NCBI GenBank assembly: GCA_044892525.1
Contig: CM097887.1
Location: forward strand, 81,818,397-81,882,396
Direction of reading: 5' to 3'
DNA length: 64,000 bases
Source: Schmidtea polychroa
Lineage: Eukaryota
Shown: positions 42,801 through 54,044 of the stretch, one piece after another
Position numbering within the stretch: the first letter of the stretch is position 1
Layout: the number at the start of each line of letters is the position of its first letter
Notes under the pieces: generated by a model
Told to the model about the DNA's origin: nothing
The model's input: the letters and a program-made list of their open reading frames with translations, nothing else
The model's database searches: none
Program-made: the position numbers and the translations under genes

Positions 42801-44366
42801 ACTGCTAATGAAATAGGTTTTGAATATCGACCTGAAAAGTGTGCTTTTCTTGAACTTCCAAATATTAACTCTGAAAGTAAAATCACAATCAATGGAATAA
42901 ATATTAAGAAACTTTTACCAAACGAATTTTACCAATATCTGGGAGTTCCAGTCGGTGAGGAAACTGACCAAAGTCCTTACGAGATTTTGAATAAAGTTAT
43001 TGTTGATGCAAATAAAATTGCAGAATCTGACTTGTTGGGATGGCAAAAATTGAAAGCCTACAAAGTCTTTCTACACTCGCGCCTAATCTTTCCATTTAGA
43101 ACGAGAGAAATAAAGATCAGTGCTCTTTCAACAACACAAGTTAATTGTACGAGTAAACTGAGAAGTATTCTAAGAAAGATCTTGAATTTGCCCAACCATT
43201 CTGAGACCAGTTATCTTTACAACTCCATTGAAAATGGAGGTGCGTCTTGTATTGATCTTCTTGATGAATATCATACACAGACGATTAGTCATTTTTTCCG
43301 ACTCTTTACCTCTAATTGCATGTTCACTCGTAATATCAATATTGACTCTTTGAAATTCGTCACTGGTCCTCGACTGGGAATCAAGGAACCATCAATGCAA
43401 GAGAGTTTCAACTGGATAAATGGAGCTGAAAATATCAAAACTCATTCTGGAAAGAAAACGAGATTCTATCGACCTCGGATAGCAATCAAGTACTTTCAAA
43501 GAACTCATGGTATTACCTTGTCTTTTGAAGTCGAGAAAAATGAGCCTGTTCTTCGATTTACAACTATCGAACGTGGTACTTGTGTGTTGACAGCTTTGAA
43601 TCGGAAAGCGATTTCTAAAATCATACATATTGCACTTTATGATGCTTATTTTTCTAAATGGAAATTAAGTAGCACGAGTGGATCTTGTGCTTATAGTTTA
43701 TCACCGAAAATCAATAAAGCGATTTACAATGGCAATCTTCGTGAAAGTCCTTGGAAATTCATACATCGTGCACGTACAAACACATTGTCTACCTTTGCTA
43801 AACCTTATCGAAAACCTGATGATAGACTTTGTAGGCGTTGTCATATTGAAGAGGAAACACTTTGCCATGTTCTGCAAACATGCAAAATTCACCAAATCCT
43901 TGCTCTTAAAAGACATAACGAATGCTTACGACTTATTACTGAGCAACTGAAAAATCCTTTTCTTATTGTTGTTATTGACCACACTTGTTCACTTGTTGTT
44001 GACTCTGAGGAGCGAGTTGATTTAATGATAACGGATAATGATAAAAAGAAAATTTTCATGGTAGACGTCAAATGTCCTTTTGACACTCTACAGACCTTTG
44101 AAACGGTAGATAAAGGAAATTTGACAAAATACGATAATCTTCGACAGCAAATACAAGTTGCAAAGCCAAATTTTAAGGTGGAACTTTATACTTGTATCAT
44201 TGGCTCATTAGGTTCTGTTCCACCAATGACATATGATGTGCTTGAGAAGATTGGAGTACCTAATCATAAAGTTGAATCTCTTGTAAGAGAATGTGCAATG
44301 AGCAATATAATGCACTCGGCTAAATCTTGGCATTACCATGCATATGGTATCTTACCAGGCTTCTAA
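39828..44366 (+). CDS. ORF2 protease-RT-RLE, 1512 aa
   Basis: All catalytic motifs present. Confidence 0.95.
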   Translation: MPASVKISAPFSYETDAECTNKLSEIDQTRWFTDDEIDYFLLHHINNPMFTFIRCFIVSILCSDIAENVVDLPKAIFEAQVILCPLNINNSHWVLFVYCKSSLTSYFIDPILKNRNRLVNKERAVKINNVLNCTFNLDSLIIEHPYKDLVYQDNNYDCGPFICGYAMIVSQEWSSIPNTFVEYIRKQLFHCQSISTVSGGGLSKNHFLNKINFKKAIKPKSKPIMNVKIINPNNEKACVSSLISKWYEKYPSILVLSPEITNSLISQNDNFIIENITFLQFRNVDHIICIIPNDNCWCLLFCSVKYGHSYLFDLKPGSITERLIGICENITDYLNKFTLNKKVYFEKNQNAFRLKISSEDPFEYAVGYIAFLEKYLFNRIFDRDYVIKTLKHMNVQQAIEINKNLNLINCKITDKIITNFFNNLKHSSDFILLNNTMCTAIYEDCTQYLKDFLNIEHLIKAQVIFCIMAPPKAQEILFVIDYKTDEHYFLNPSTLITNFNYLFTSQTLLHKINEIRESAGCCIKSGNIPHDVRGSGLVSRVLICAFIKNYISDLSLENLNLFDIGSVITSLLPPITETIKVSKKDLNVKKEIEKPSLERRIEKINLLLSNLENSNVNEICKIIIDNSLRQRSDDKTMIRRPYLGNKPSYDKPDKNILISGFLSNMKLTVNKILADEKIDERPSITDYISNFTHSDPVIKSYDKVFNFCLSSLSTLVLNLISTEDVKFEIKKADNTSPGLDDIKYKDLSIFDPEYKLLTFFFNKIIVDKNVPECLKSFKTIMIPKPDKGDKYTLVSSWRPIALLSVIYKVFASVLASRLTSWVKVNNLLHIGQKGGSIHDGCVEHNSVLSSCLEHSKYSKNTPIAIAWLDIKDAFGSVPHDYMWKILRRVGVSEEFTNILKLLYTDTSSFYTCGPIITPNIAIKQGVKQGCPISMILFAIAINPVLESVSQSNVKPFKIAGSSVQVLAYADDIALVANNVSDLQRIIDIAVDTANEIGFEYRPEKCAFLELPNINSESKITINGINIKKLLPNEFYQYLGVPVGEETDQSPYEILNKVIVDANKIAESDLLGWQKLKAYKVFLHSRLIFPFRTREIKISALSTTQVNCTSKLRSILRKILNLPNHSETSYLYNSIENGGASCIDLLDEYHTQTISHFFRLFTSNCMFTRNINIDSLKFVTGPRLGIKEPSMQESFNWINGAENIKTHSGKKTRFYRPRIAIKYFQRTHGITLSFEVEKNEPVLRFTTIERGTCVLTALNRKAISKIIHIALYDAYFSKWKLSSTSGSCAYSLSPKINKAIYNGNLRESPWKFIHRARTNTLSTFAKPYRKPDDRLCRRCHIEEETLCHVLQTCKIHQILALKRHNECLRLITEQLKNPFLIVVIDHTCSLVVDSEERVDLMITDNDKKKIFMVDVKCPFDTLQTFETVDKGNLTKYDNLRQQIQVAKPNFKVELYTCIIGSLGSVPPMTYDVLEKIGVPNHKVESLVRECAMSNIMHSAKSWHYHAYGILPGF

Positions 44367-45102
44367 TTATTAAAATTCGATTGAAAATAATTAATTTTGT
44401 TTCTCATATTAATTAAAAAAAAAAAAAAACTGTCATCATTATTTATTTAAAGCATTATGAGGAATTGAATATCATTTTAATCTTGCCACTTATTAGTTTT
44501 GATAACCTAAACATGATAATAATCTTTTGAATTCATCATGAAGAGGTGGTCTGTTCTAATTTCAGATTCGATAATGATGAAAAAATTCAGCTGAAACAAG
44601 AAATCTTTGCAGAAACCTAGAATGGCGCTTAATTAATTTGGCTCTAAAACTTCTGCAAGTGTTAAGCTAAGCCGGAAACGAATCTCCGATGAAATCCAAT
44701 ATGCCTGAGAAATTTCAAGAAACAAAGTGCTTTCGAGACGAGTATTCTCCCAACCGATATAATTATCATAGAGATTTTGATCACCCAAGTGCCGACATTT
44801 CTTGAATGGCTGTTCCAAGTTGAACGTTCTCAACAGATAAAAATCCAAAAACTTGTTATATTAATAAAATTTTATCTAGTAAACCAGGGGTCGTGAGTTC
44901 AATTCTCACCGAAGGCAATTTTTTCCTAAATAAATTTTATCACATCAACATTAATCTTGTCTTGTCCGTTTTTGTTTCTAGTATTAGAAAAATTCCAACA
45001 AAAAATCCTATTGATTGTCCGACTTGTGTATGGGTTGGATTTTGATTTTTTCGGTACAGAATGCCACTTTATAGATTTAAATAGAAATCTCTCAAATTGC
45101 AA

Positions 45103-45175
45103 GCCTTAGTAGCTCAGTGGTTAGAGCACTGGTCTAGTAAACCAGGGGTCGTGAGTTCAATTCTCACCGAAGGCA
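45103..45175 (+). tRNA. trnT: tRNA-Thr(AGT) variant C6A (A6:G67 mismatch)
   Basis: Starts GCCTTAG. Confidence 0.8.
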
Positions 45176-45360
45176 ATTTTTTCCTAAATAAATTTTATCA
45201 CATCAACATTAATCTTGTCTTGTCCGTTTTTGTTTCTAGTATTAGAAAAATTCCAACAAAAAATCCTATTGATTGTCCGACTTGTGTATGGGTTGGATTT
45301 TGATTTTTTCGGTACAGAATGCCACTTTATAGATTTAAATAGAAATCTCTCAAATTGCAA

Positions 45361-45433
45361 GCCTTCGTAGCTCAGTGGTTAGAGCACTGGTCTAGTAAAC
45401 CAGGGGTCGTGAGTTCAATTCTCACCGAAGGCA
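45361..45433 (+). tRNA. trnT: tRNA-Thr(AGT)
   Basis: Consensus copy. Confidence 0.97.
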
Positions 45434-45618
45434 ATTTTTTCCTAAATAAATTTTATCACATCAACATAAATCTTGTCTTGTCCGTTTTTGTTTCTAGTAT
45501 TACAAAAATTCCAACAAAAAATCCTATTGATTGTCCGACTTGTGTATGGGTTGGATTTTGATTTTTTCGGTACAGAATGCCACTTTATAGATTTAAATAG
45601 AAATCTCTCAAATTGCAA

Positions 45619-45691
45619 GCCTTCGTAGCTCAGTGGTTAGAGCACTGGTCTAGTAAACCAGGGGTCGTGAGTTCAATTCTCACCGAAGGCA
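45619..45691 (+). tRNA. trnT: tRNA-Thr(AGT)
   Basis: Consensus copy. Confidence 0.97.
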
Positions 45692-45876
45692 ATTTTTTCC
45701 TAAATAAATTTTATCACATCAACATTAATCTTGTCTTGTCCGTTTTTGTTTCTAGTATTAGAAAAATTCCAACAAAAAATCCTATTGATTGTCCGACTTG
45801 TGTATGGGTTGGATTTTGATTTTTTCGGTACAGAATGCCACTTTATAGATTTAAATAGAAATCTCTCAAATTGCAA

Positions 45877-45949
45877 GCCTTAGTAGCTCAGTGGTTAGAG
45901 CACTGGTCTAGTAAACCAGGGGTCGTGAGTTCAATTCTCACTGAAGGCA
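45877..45949 (+). tRNA. trnT: tRNA-Thr(AGT) variant C6A plus C66T
   Basis: GCCTTAG ... TGAAGGC; weakened acceptor stem. Confidence 0.7.
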
Positions 45950-46155
45950 ATTTTTTCCTAAATAAATTTTATCACATCAACATTAATCTTGTCTTGTCCG
46001 TTTTTGTTTCTAGTATTAGAAAAATTCCAACAAAAAATCCTATTGATTGTCCGACTTGTGTATGGGTTGGATTTTGATTTTTTCGGTACAGAATGCCACT
46101 TTATAGATTTAAATAGAAATCTCTCAAATTGCAAGCCTTCGTAGCTCAGTGGTTA

Positions 46156-48432
46156 ATGGAAAAACACACAACGATGATGCAATCGCCTACGAATGAATTA
46201 CTCATCAATCTCAATCAAAAATTACCGAATTTTGGATTACTCAATTGCAAAATTGCAAAATCTTCAATCATGTCTATGTTGAAATCTCAAATTCAACAAT
46301 CTCAAGCTATTTTGGACCTGATTTCAAAAGATTCTGAAGAACCTTCAATTCTGGAACCGGTTGAATCAATTAAAGAAATGCCAGAAGATTCTTTGGAATG
46401 CTCAAAGGAAAAGATGCCACTCCTTTTAAATTTGCCTTTTCCAATTGAGGAAAGATTTCAGATACTGGAGAAGTCTATCGAATCTATATCTGGTAGGATT
46501 GATTTGATTTCTAATTTTCTTAATGTTAATAATGATGACAATAATAAAAACTTTTTTATTAAAAATTTAAAAGTAAATAATATTTCAAATAAGCATCTTC
46601 CTGTAATTTCTAACACTAAACCTGAAATTAATTCAAACTACTCTTCTAAATTAGTGGATAGTTCCGATAAATTGAAGGCGCCTTTTGTTGATGTTGAAAT
46701 AGAGAAGTCGAAAACTCTGCATGTGGATTATAAGGGAAGTAATACTGCGTTTAAAGAGGATAATGATATAGATAGATCAACTCGTATTTTGACAAAAAAA
46801 GAACGAGCTAATTTTTTGAAGAGCTTTCCAAAGTTTATTAATTTAATCAAATTAGGTGAATCAAAATTTAAAGAGAATTTAATTAATTATGAACTTAATT
46901 TAATAACTAAATCAAAATTAAACTTTAATATTAATAATTTTGAAAAGTTATATTTTGAAAATGGAAAGTTTTTCATTTCTATTTATAACAAAAATGGAAT
47001 GAGACCTGAGGTTAGGAATATGAAAGCTTTAATAAAACCTAAAATTATCTCTAGCAGTGGCCGAATTTTAAATAAAACTTTTATTTCAAGTTTAATTCGT
47101 ACTGACAACAATTATAGTAAAATCTCTGCTTCTTTAGCAATTAAGAAATTTTTATTTGCATTTTCTGACAAATTAGCTGCAACTGTTTCCATTAAAAATA
47201 TTAATCAAAAGGGCTCTGTCATTAATAAAGAATTAGATTTACTAAAAAAAGAAAATAAACTTCCACAATTTTTAATAAATTCAGATATTAAATATCTAAA
47301 TGGGGAATTTGTAATAAATGACATATTCAGTCCTTCAGAATCTCAAAATGAAGTTGTGAATCGCAGAGAGTTGTCTAGATCACAATTAAATCAATTATTT
47401 AAAAGTCATCCAGAGCTGAAAGAGATGTGTTTTGTTGAAAACTCATCTAAATGTGCATCAAAATTGACTAATTTGTTACATAATTTAAAATTAAATAATA
47501 ACTTTCTTGAGAATATTGAGTTTGATTCAGGAAGGTTTTTCAAATCTAAAGAAACTGTAAATAATGAATCAATTGGTGCGTCTGACATCATGTTTAACTT
47601 GGGACTGCTCAACTTCATTGACATTTCTAAGAAAAATGATGATTTTAAGGAACTTCTACTTTCAACTTCTTCTCCTCAAAAGCTGGTTGATTTGATCTTT
47701 ACGATAAATTATAAAATCTTGACGAAGGACATCAACTACTTGAACAACATTACCTATGGAAATTATGTCATGAATTATTTTATAAATATTTTACTTTTAC
47801 ACTCTGTAGCTGATCTTGAAACTTGTGAATCTCTCACAATTGACGACTTTGATTATTGGAGCGCTGACATGATAGAAAAAATTCCTTCTTCGTCATATTA
47901 CTCTCAAAGTTGCAAGGAAAAGTTACTTAAATATAGGCAGTGGAAACTAGAGGGGGAAGTTGATAAACTAAGAAATATTATTTCGCCTGAGACAATTAAT
48001 GTTGTTAATAAATTTTTGATTTCATCGGATGACTCTAATAAATCTATTAAGGAAGCAACTTTGAGTTTAGATGAACAAATGGACAAAATTAATACATTTA
48101 AACTAGGCGACAATGACCCAGACATTTTGAAATCTAAGCGGTTACTATACTTTATTTTGAGAGACAAGAAGTTGTTTCTAAGAAATAACAGCAAAATCTT
48201 CCAATTACCTATGACATGCAAAAAAATATGCACTCCAAAAATGTCATTATGTATTCATGAACTCTTGGACTTTCTTAAGGGGATAGAAAATCATTCATCT
48301 CCGATCTTTCCTACAATAGTTGACTCTCCATTGGTTATTGAATCACTTCCAACTGATATAGACGCTGAGACGGATACAATAAAATCTCGTACTCGAAATG
48401 GTCGAAGAAGAGCGTTATCCGATTCTAAATGA
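46156..48432 (+). CDS. ORF1 haplotype B, 758 aa
   Basis: Near-identical to copy 2 ORF1. Confidence 0.9.
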   Translation: MEKHTTMMQSPTNELLINLNQKLPNFGLLNCKIAKSSIMSMLKSQIQQSQAILDLISKDSEEPSILEPVESIKEMPEDSLECSKEKMPLLLNLPFPIEERFQILEKSIESISGRIDLISNFLNVNNDDNNKNFFIKNLKVNNISNKHLPVISNTKPEINSNYSSKLVDSSDKLKAPFVDVEIEKSKTLHVDYKGSNTAFKEDNDIDRSTRILTKKERANFLKSFPKFINLIKLGESKFKENLINYELNLITKSKLNFNINNFEKLYFENGKFFISIYNKNGMRPEVRNMKALIKPKIISSSGRILNKTFISSLIRTDNNYSKISASLAIKKFLFAFSDKLAATVSIKNINQKGSVINKELDLLKKENKLPQFLINSDIKYLNGEFVINDIFSPSESQNEVVNRRELSRSQLNQLFKSHPELKEMCFVENSSKCASKLTNLLHNLKLNNNFLENIEFDSGRFFKSKETVNNESIGASDIMFNLGLLNFIDISKKNDDFKELLLSTSSPQKLVDLIFTINYKILTKDINYLNNITYGNYVMNYFINILLLHSVADLETCESLTIDDFDYWSADMIEKIPSSSYYSQSCKEKLLKYRQWKLEGEVDKLRNIISPETINVVNKFLISSDDSNKSIKEATLSLDEQMDKINTFKLGDNDPDILKSKRLLYFILRDKKLFLRNNSKIFQLPMTCKKICTPKMSLCIHELLDFLKGIENHSSPIFPTIVDSPLVIESLPTDIDAETDTIKSRTRNGRRRALSDSK

Positions 48433-48438
48433 AGATGT

Positions 48439-51400
48439 GTGCCTGCATCAGTGAAAATATCTGCTCCGTTCTCATATGAAACTGATGCAGAATGCACAAA
48501 TAAACTTTCTGAAATTGACCGAACACGCTGGTTTACTGATGATGAAATTGATTATTTCCTTCTACATCATATCAATAATCCAATGTTTACCTTTATAAGA
48601 TGTTTCATTGTTAGTATCTTATGTTCTGATATTGCTGAAAATGTTGTTGATCTTCCCAAAGCTATTTTTGAAGCTCAAGTAATTCTATGTCCACTCAACA
48701 TTAACAACTCACATTGGGTCTTGTTTGTTTATTGTAAATCTTCATTAACTTCTTATTTTATCGATCCGATCTTGAAGAATAGAAATAGATTAGTAAATAA
48801 GGAGAGAGCTGTTAAAATAAACAATGTATTAAATTGTACTTTCAATCTTGATTCATTAATAATTGAACACCCGTATAAAGATCTTGTTTATCAAGATAAT
48901 AATTACGATTGTGGTCCTTTCATTTGCGGTTATGCGATGATTGTATCGCAAGAATGGAGCTCAATTCCTAATACGTTTGTCGAATACATTAGGAAACAAT
49001 TGTTTCACTGTCAATCTATTTCTACTGTATCAGGAGGTGGCTTATCTAAAAATCATTTTCTCAATAAAATCAACTTCAAAAAGGCAATAAAACCTAAAAG
49101 CAAACCCATTATGAATGTCAAAATTATAAACCCTAATAATGAGAAAGCTTGTGTCTCATCTCTGATAAGCAAATGGTACGAAAAATATCCAAGTATATTA
49201 GTTCTTTCTCCCGAAATAACAAATAGTTTAATCAGTCAAAATGATAATTTTATAATTGAAAATATTACATTTTTGCAATTTAGAAACGTTGATCATATAA
49301 TTTGTATAATTCCTAACGATAATTGCTGGTGTCTATTGTTTTGCTCAGTCAAATATGGACATAGTTATCTTTTTGATCTTAAACCTGGTTCGATTACTGA
49401 AAGATTGATAGGAATTTGTGAAAATATTACCGATTATTTGAATAAATTTACTCTAAATAAAAAGGTTTATTTTGAAAAGAATCAAAATGCTTTTCGTTTA
49501 AAAATTTCATCTGAAGATCCGTTTGAATATGCAGTTGGGTACATTGCCTTCTTAGAAAAATATCTTTTTAATAGAATATTTGATAGAGATTATGTGATTA
49601 AAACTCTCAAACATATGAATGTGCAGCAGGCAATTGAAATTAACAAAAATTTAAATTTAATTAATTGCAAAATTACTGATAAAATTATAACTAATTTTTT
49701 TAATAACTTGAAACATTCCTCAGATTTTATTTTACTTAATAATACAATGTGCACTGCAATTTATGAAGACTGTACTCAATATCTGAAAGATTTTTTAAAT
49801 ATTGAGCATTTGATAAAAGCACAGGTTATTTTTTGTATTATGGCCCCTCCTAAAGCTCAAGAAATATTGTTTGTCATTGACTATAAAACTGATGAGCATT
49901 ACTTTCTCAATCCCTCAACTTTAATTACTAATTTTAATTATTTATTTACTAGTCAAACTTTGTTGCATAAAATCAACGAAATTAGAGAATCGGCCGGTTG
50001 TTGTATAAAATCTGGTAATATTCCGCATGATGTTCGTGGTTCTGGCCTTGTGAGTCGTGTACTCATTTGTGCTTTTATAAAAAACTATATTTCTGATTTA
50101 TCTTTAGAGAACCTCAATTTATTTGATATAGGCAGTGTAATTACTTCTTTGTTACCTCCAATAACGGAAACGATCAAGGTTTCGAAAAAAGACTTAAATG
50201 TAAAAAAAGAAATTGAAAAACCTTCTTTGGAGCGTCGAATTGAGAAAATTAATCTCCTTTTATCAAATTTAGAAAACAGCAACGTTAATGAAATCTGTAA
50301 GATAATCATTGACAATTCATTGCGTCAAAGATCAGATGACAAAACTATGATTCGTAGACCTTATCTGGGAAATAAACCTTCTTACGACAAACCTGACAAA
50401 AATATACTAATATCTGGCTTCCTATCTAATATGAAATTGACAGTGAATAAAATACTGGCTGATGAGAAAATTGATGAAAGACCTTCAATAACTGACTACA
50501 TTTCTAATTTCACTCATTCTGATCCTGTCATTAAATCTTACGATAAAGTGTTTAATTTCTGTCTGAGTTCTTTGTCAACTCTAGTTCTGAATCTAATTTC
50601 CACTGAAGATGTAAAGTTTGAAATTAAAAAAGCAGACAACACTTCTCCTGGACTTGATGATATCAAGTATAAAGATTTATCTATTTTTGATCCTGAATAC
50701 AAATTATTGACATTTTTCTTTAACAAAATAATAGTCGATAAAAATGTTCCAGAATGTTTAAAATCTTTCAAAACAATTATGATTCCGAAGCCTGATAAAG
50801 GTGACAAGTACACTTTAGTTTCTTCATGGCGACCAATAGCTCTATTGTCAGTCATTTACAAAGTGTTTGCGTCAGTGTTAGCTAGTCGTTTGACCAGTTG
50901 GGTGAAGGTCAATAATTTACTACACATTGGTCAGAAAGGAGGCTCAATCCACGACGGATGTGTTGAACATAACTCTGTTCTTTCTTCCTGCTTGGAACAC
51001 TCAAAATACAGTAAAAACACTCCAATTGCTATAGCCTGGCTTGATATTAAAGACGCCTTTGGCAGTGTCCCTCATGATTACATGTGGAAAATCCTGCGTC
51101 GCGTTGGAGTCAGTGAGGAATTCACCAACATCTTGAAGCTGTTATATACCGATACAAGTTCTTTCTACACTTGTGGTCCAATTATTACACCAAACATTGC
51201 CATTAAACAGGGTGTCAAACAAGGATGCCCTATTTCAATGATTTTGTTTGCAATTGCGATAAATCCTGTTCTTGAATCTGTTAGTCAATCAAATGTGAAA
51301 CCTTTCAAAATTGCTGGATCTTCGGTTCAAGTTCTTGCATATGCTGATGACATTGCACTTGTTGCAAATAATGTTTCCGATTTACAACGCATAATTGACA

Positions 51401-52977
51401 TTGCAGTCGATACTGCTAATGAAATAGGTTTTGAATATCGACCTGAAAAGTGTGCTTTTCTTGAACTTCCAAATATTAACTCTGAAAGTAAAATCACAAT
51501 CAATGGAATAAATATTAAGAAACTTTTACCAAACGAATTTTACCAATATCTGGGAGTTCCAGTCGGTGAGGAAACTGACCAAAGTCCTTACGAGATTTTG
51601 AATAAAGTTATTGTTGATGCAAATAAAATTGCAGAATCTGACTTGTTGGGATGGCAAAAATTGAAAGCCTACAAAGTCTTTCTACACTCGCGCCTAATCT
51701 TTCCATTTAGAACGAGAGAAATAAAGATCAGTGCTCTTTCAACAACACAAGTTAATTGTACGAGTAAACTGAGAAGTATTCTAAGAAAGATCTTGAATTT
51801 GCCCAACCATTCTGAGACCAGTTATCTTTACAACTCCATTGAAAATGGAGGTGCGTCTTGTATTGATCTTCTTGATGAATATCATACACAGACGATTAGT
51901 CATTTTTTCCGACTCTTTACCTCTAATTGCATGTTCACTCGTAATATCAATATTGACTCTTTGAAATTCGTCACTGGTCCTCGACTGGGAATCAAGGAAC
52001 CATCAATGCAAGAGAGTTTCAACTGGATAAATGGAGCTGAAAATATCAAAACTCATTCTGGAAAGAAAACGAGATTCTATCGACCTCGGATAGCAATCAA
52101 GTACTTTCAAAGAACTCATGGTATTACCTTGTCTTTTGAAGTCGAGAAAAATGAGCCTGTTCTTCGATTTACAACTATCGAACGTGGTACTTGTGTGTTG
52201 ACAGCTTTGAATCGGAAAGCGATTTCTAAAATCATACATATTGCACTTTATGATGCTTATTTTTCTAAATGGAAATTAAGTAGCACGAGTGGATCTTGTG
52301 CTTATAGTTTATCACCGAAAATCAATAAAGCGATTTACAATGGCAATCTTCGTGAAAGTCCTTGGAAATTCATACATCGTGCACGTACAAACACATTGTC
52401 TACCTTTGCTAAACCTTATCGAAAACCTGATGATAGACTTTGTAGGCGTTGTCATATTGAAGAGGAAACACTTTGCCATGTTCTGCAAACATGCAAAATT
52501 CACCAAATCCTTGCTCTTAAAAGACATAACGAATGCTTACGACTTATTACTGAGCAACTGAAAAATCCTTTTCTTATTGTTGTTATTGACCACACTTGTT
52601 CACTTGTTGTTGACTCTAAGGAGCGAGTTGATTTAATGATAACGGATAATGATAAAAAGAAAATTTTCATGGTAGACGTCAAATGTCCTTTTGACACTCT
52701 ACAAACCTTTGAAACGGTAGATAAAGGAAATTTGACAAAATACGATAATCTTCGACAGCAAATACAAGTTGCAAAGCCAAATTTTAAGGTGGAACTTTAT
52801 ACTTGTATCATTGGCTCATTAGGTTCTGTTCCACCAATGACATATGATGTGCTTGAGAAGATTGGAGTACCTAATCATAAAGTTGAATCTCTTGTAAGAG
52901 AATGTGCAATGAGCAATATAATGCACTCGGCTAAATCTTGGCATTACCATGCATATGGTATCTTACCAGGCTTCTAA
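48439..52977 (+). CDS. ORF2 protease-RT-RLE, 1512 aa
   Basis: All catalytic motifs present. Confidence 0.95.
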   Translation: MPASVKISAPFSYETDAECTNKLSEIDRTRWFTDDEIDYFLLHHINNPMFTFIRCFIVSILCSDIAENVVDLPKAIFEAQVILCPLNINNSHWVLFVYCKSSLTSYFIDPILKNRNRLVNKERAVKINNVLNCTFNLDSLIIEHPYKDLVYQDNNYDCGPFICGYAMIVSQEWSSIPNTFVEYIRKQLFHCQSISTVSGGGLSKNHFLNKINFKKAIKPKSKPIMNVKIINPNNEKACVSSLISKWYEKYPSILVLSPEITNSLISQNDNFIIENITFLQFRNVDHIICIIPNDNCWCLLFCSVKYGHSYLFDLKPGSITERLIGICENITDYLNKFTLNKKVYFEKNQNAFRLKISSEDPFEYAVGYIAFLEKYLFNRIFDRDYVIKTLKHMNVQQAIEINKNLNLINCKITDKIITNFFNNLKHSSDFILLNNTMCTAIYEDCTQYLKDFLNIEHLIKAQVIFCIMAPPKAQEILFVIDYKTDEHYFLNPSTLITNFNYLFTSQTLLHKINEIRESAGCCIKSGNIPHDVRGSGLVSRVLICAFIKNYISDLSLENLNLFDIGSVITSLLPPITETIKVSKKDLNVKKEIEKPSLERRIEKINLLLSNLENSNVNEICKIIIDNSLRQRSDDKTMIRRPYLGNKPSYDKPDKNILISGFLSNMKLTVNKILADEKIDERPSITDYISNFTHSDPVIKSYDKVFNFCLSSLSTLVLNLISTEDVKFEIKKADNTSPGLDDIKYKDLSIFDPEYKLLTFFFNKIIVDKNVPECLKSFKTIMIPKPDKGDKYTLVSSWRPIALLSVIYKVFASVLASRLTSWVKVNNLLHIGQKGGSIHDGCVEHNSVLSSCLEHSKYSKNTPIAIAWLDIKDAFGSVPHDYMWKILRRVGVSEEFTNILKLLYTDTSSFYTCGPIITPNIAIKQGVKQGCPISMILFAIAINPVLESVSQSNVKPFKIAGSSVQVLAYADDIALVANNVSDLQRIIDIAVDTANEIGFEYRPEKCAFLELPNINSESKITINGINIKKLLPNEFYQYLGVPVGEETDQSPYEILNKVIVDANKIAESDLLGWQKLKAYKVFLHSRLIFPFRTREIKISALSTTQVNCTSKLRSILRKILNLPNHSETSYLYNSIENGGASCIDLLDEYHTQTISHFFRLFTSNCMFTRNINIDSLKFVTGPRLGIKEPSMQESFNWINGAENIKTHSGKKTRFYRPRIAIKYFQRTHGITLSFEVEKNEPVLRFTTIERGTCVLTALNRKAISKIIHIALYDAYFSKWKLSSTSGSCAYSLSPKINKAIYNGNLRESPWKFIHRARTNTLSTFAKPYRKPDDRLCRRCHIEEETLCHVLQTCKIHQILALKRHNECLRLITEQLKNPFLIVVIDHTCSLVVDSKERVDLMITDNDKKKIFMVDVKCPFDTLQTFETVDKGNLTKYDNLRQQIQVAKPNFKVELYTCIIGSLGSVPPMTYDVLEKIGVPNHKVESLVRECAMSNIMHSAKSWHYHAYGILPGF

Positions 52978-53713
52978 TTATTAAAAATCGATTGAAAATA
53001 ATTAATTTTGTTTCTCATATTAATTAAAAAAAAAAAAAAACTGTCATCATTATTTATTTAAAGCATTATGAGGAATTGAATATCATTTTAATCTTGCCAC
53101 TTATTAGTTTTGATAACCTAAACATAATAATAATCTTTTCAATTCATCATGAAGAGGTGGTCTGTTCTAATTTCAGATTCGATAATGATGAAAAAATTCA
53201 GCTGAAACAAGAAATCTTTGCAGAAACCTAGAATGGCGCTTAATTAATTTGGCTCTAAAACTTCTGCAAGTGTTAAGCTAAGCCGGAAACGAATCTCCGA
53301 TGAAATCCAATATGCCTGAGAAATTTCAAGAAACAAAGTGCTTTCGAGACGAGTATTCTCCCAACCGATATAATTATCATAGAGATTTTGATCACCCAAG
53401 TGCCGACATTTCTTGAATGGCTGTTCCAAGTTGAACGTTCTCAACAGATAAAAATCCAAAAACTTGTTATATTAATAAAATTTTATCTAGTAAACCAGGG
53501 GTCGTGAGTTCAATTCTCACCGAAGGCAATTTTTTCCTAAATAAATTTTATCACATCAACATTAATCTTGTCTTGTCCGTTTTTGTTTCTAGTATTAGAA
53601 AAATTCCAACTAAAAATCCAATTGATTGTCCGACTTGTGTATGGGTTGGATTTTGATTTTTTCGGTACAGAATGCCACTTTATAGATTTAAATAGAAATC
53701 TCTCAAATTGCAA

Positions 53714-53786
53714 GCCTTCGTAGCTCAGTGGTTAGAGCACTGGTCTAGAAAACCAGGGGTCGTGAGTTCAATTCTCACCGAAGGCA
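53714..53786 (+). tRNA. tRNA-Thr body with AGA (Ser) anticodon
   Basis: Loop ctAGAaa (T36A at 53749), short variable loop of the Thr body. Confidence 0.7.
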
Positions 53787-53971
53787 ATTTTTTCCTAAAT
53801 AAATTTTATCACATCAACATTAATCTTGTCTTGTCCGTTTTTGTTTCTCGTATTAGAAAAATTCCAACAAAAAATCCTATTGTTTGTCCGACTTGTGTAT
53901 GGGTTGGATTTTGATTTTTTCGGTACAGAATGCCACTTTATAGATTTAAATAGAAATCTCTCAAATTGCAA

Positions 53972-54044
53972 GCCTTCGTAGCTCAGTGGTTAGAGCACTG
54001 GTCTAGTAAACCAGGGGTCGTGAGTTCAATTCTCACCGAAGGCA
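53972..54044 (+). tRNA. trnT: tRNA-Thr(AGT)
   Basis: Consensus copy. Confidence 0.97.

Larger units (their letters stand above)
37545..44875 (+). mobile_element. tRNA-Thr-specific RLE retrotransposon, copy 5 (both ORFs open, B/A mosaic), 7331 bp
   Basis: Same junctions. Confidence 0.96.
44876..46155 (+). repeat. tRNA-Thr array block 6 (3' half 44876-44917, 4 full genes, 5' half 46135-46155)
   Basis: 258-bp periodicity. Confidence 0.97.
46156..53486 (+). mobile_element. tRNA-Thr-specific RLE retrotransposon, copy 6 (both ORFs open), 7331 bp
   Basis: Same junctions. Confidence 0.96.
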
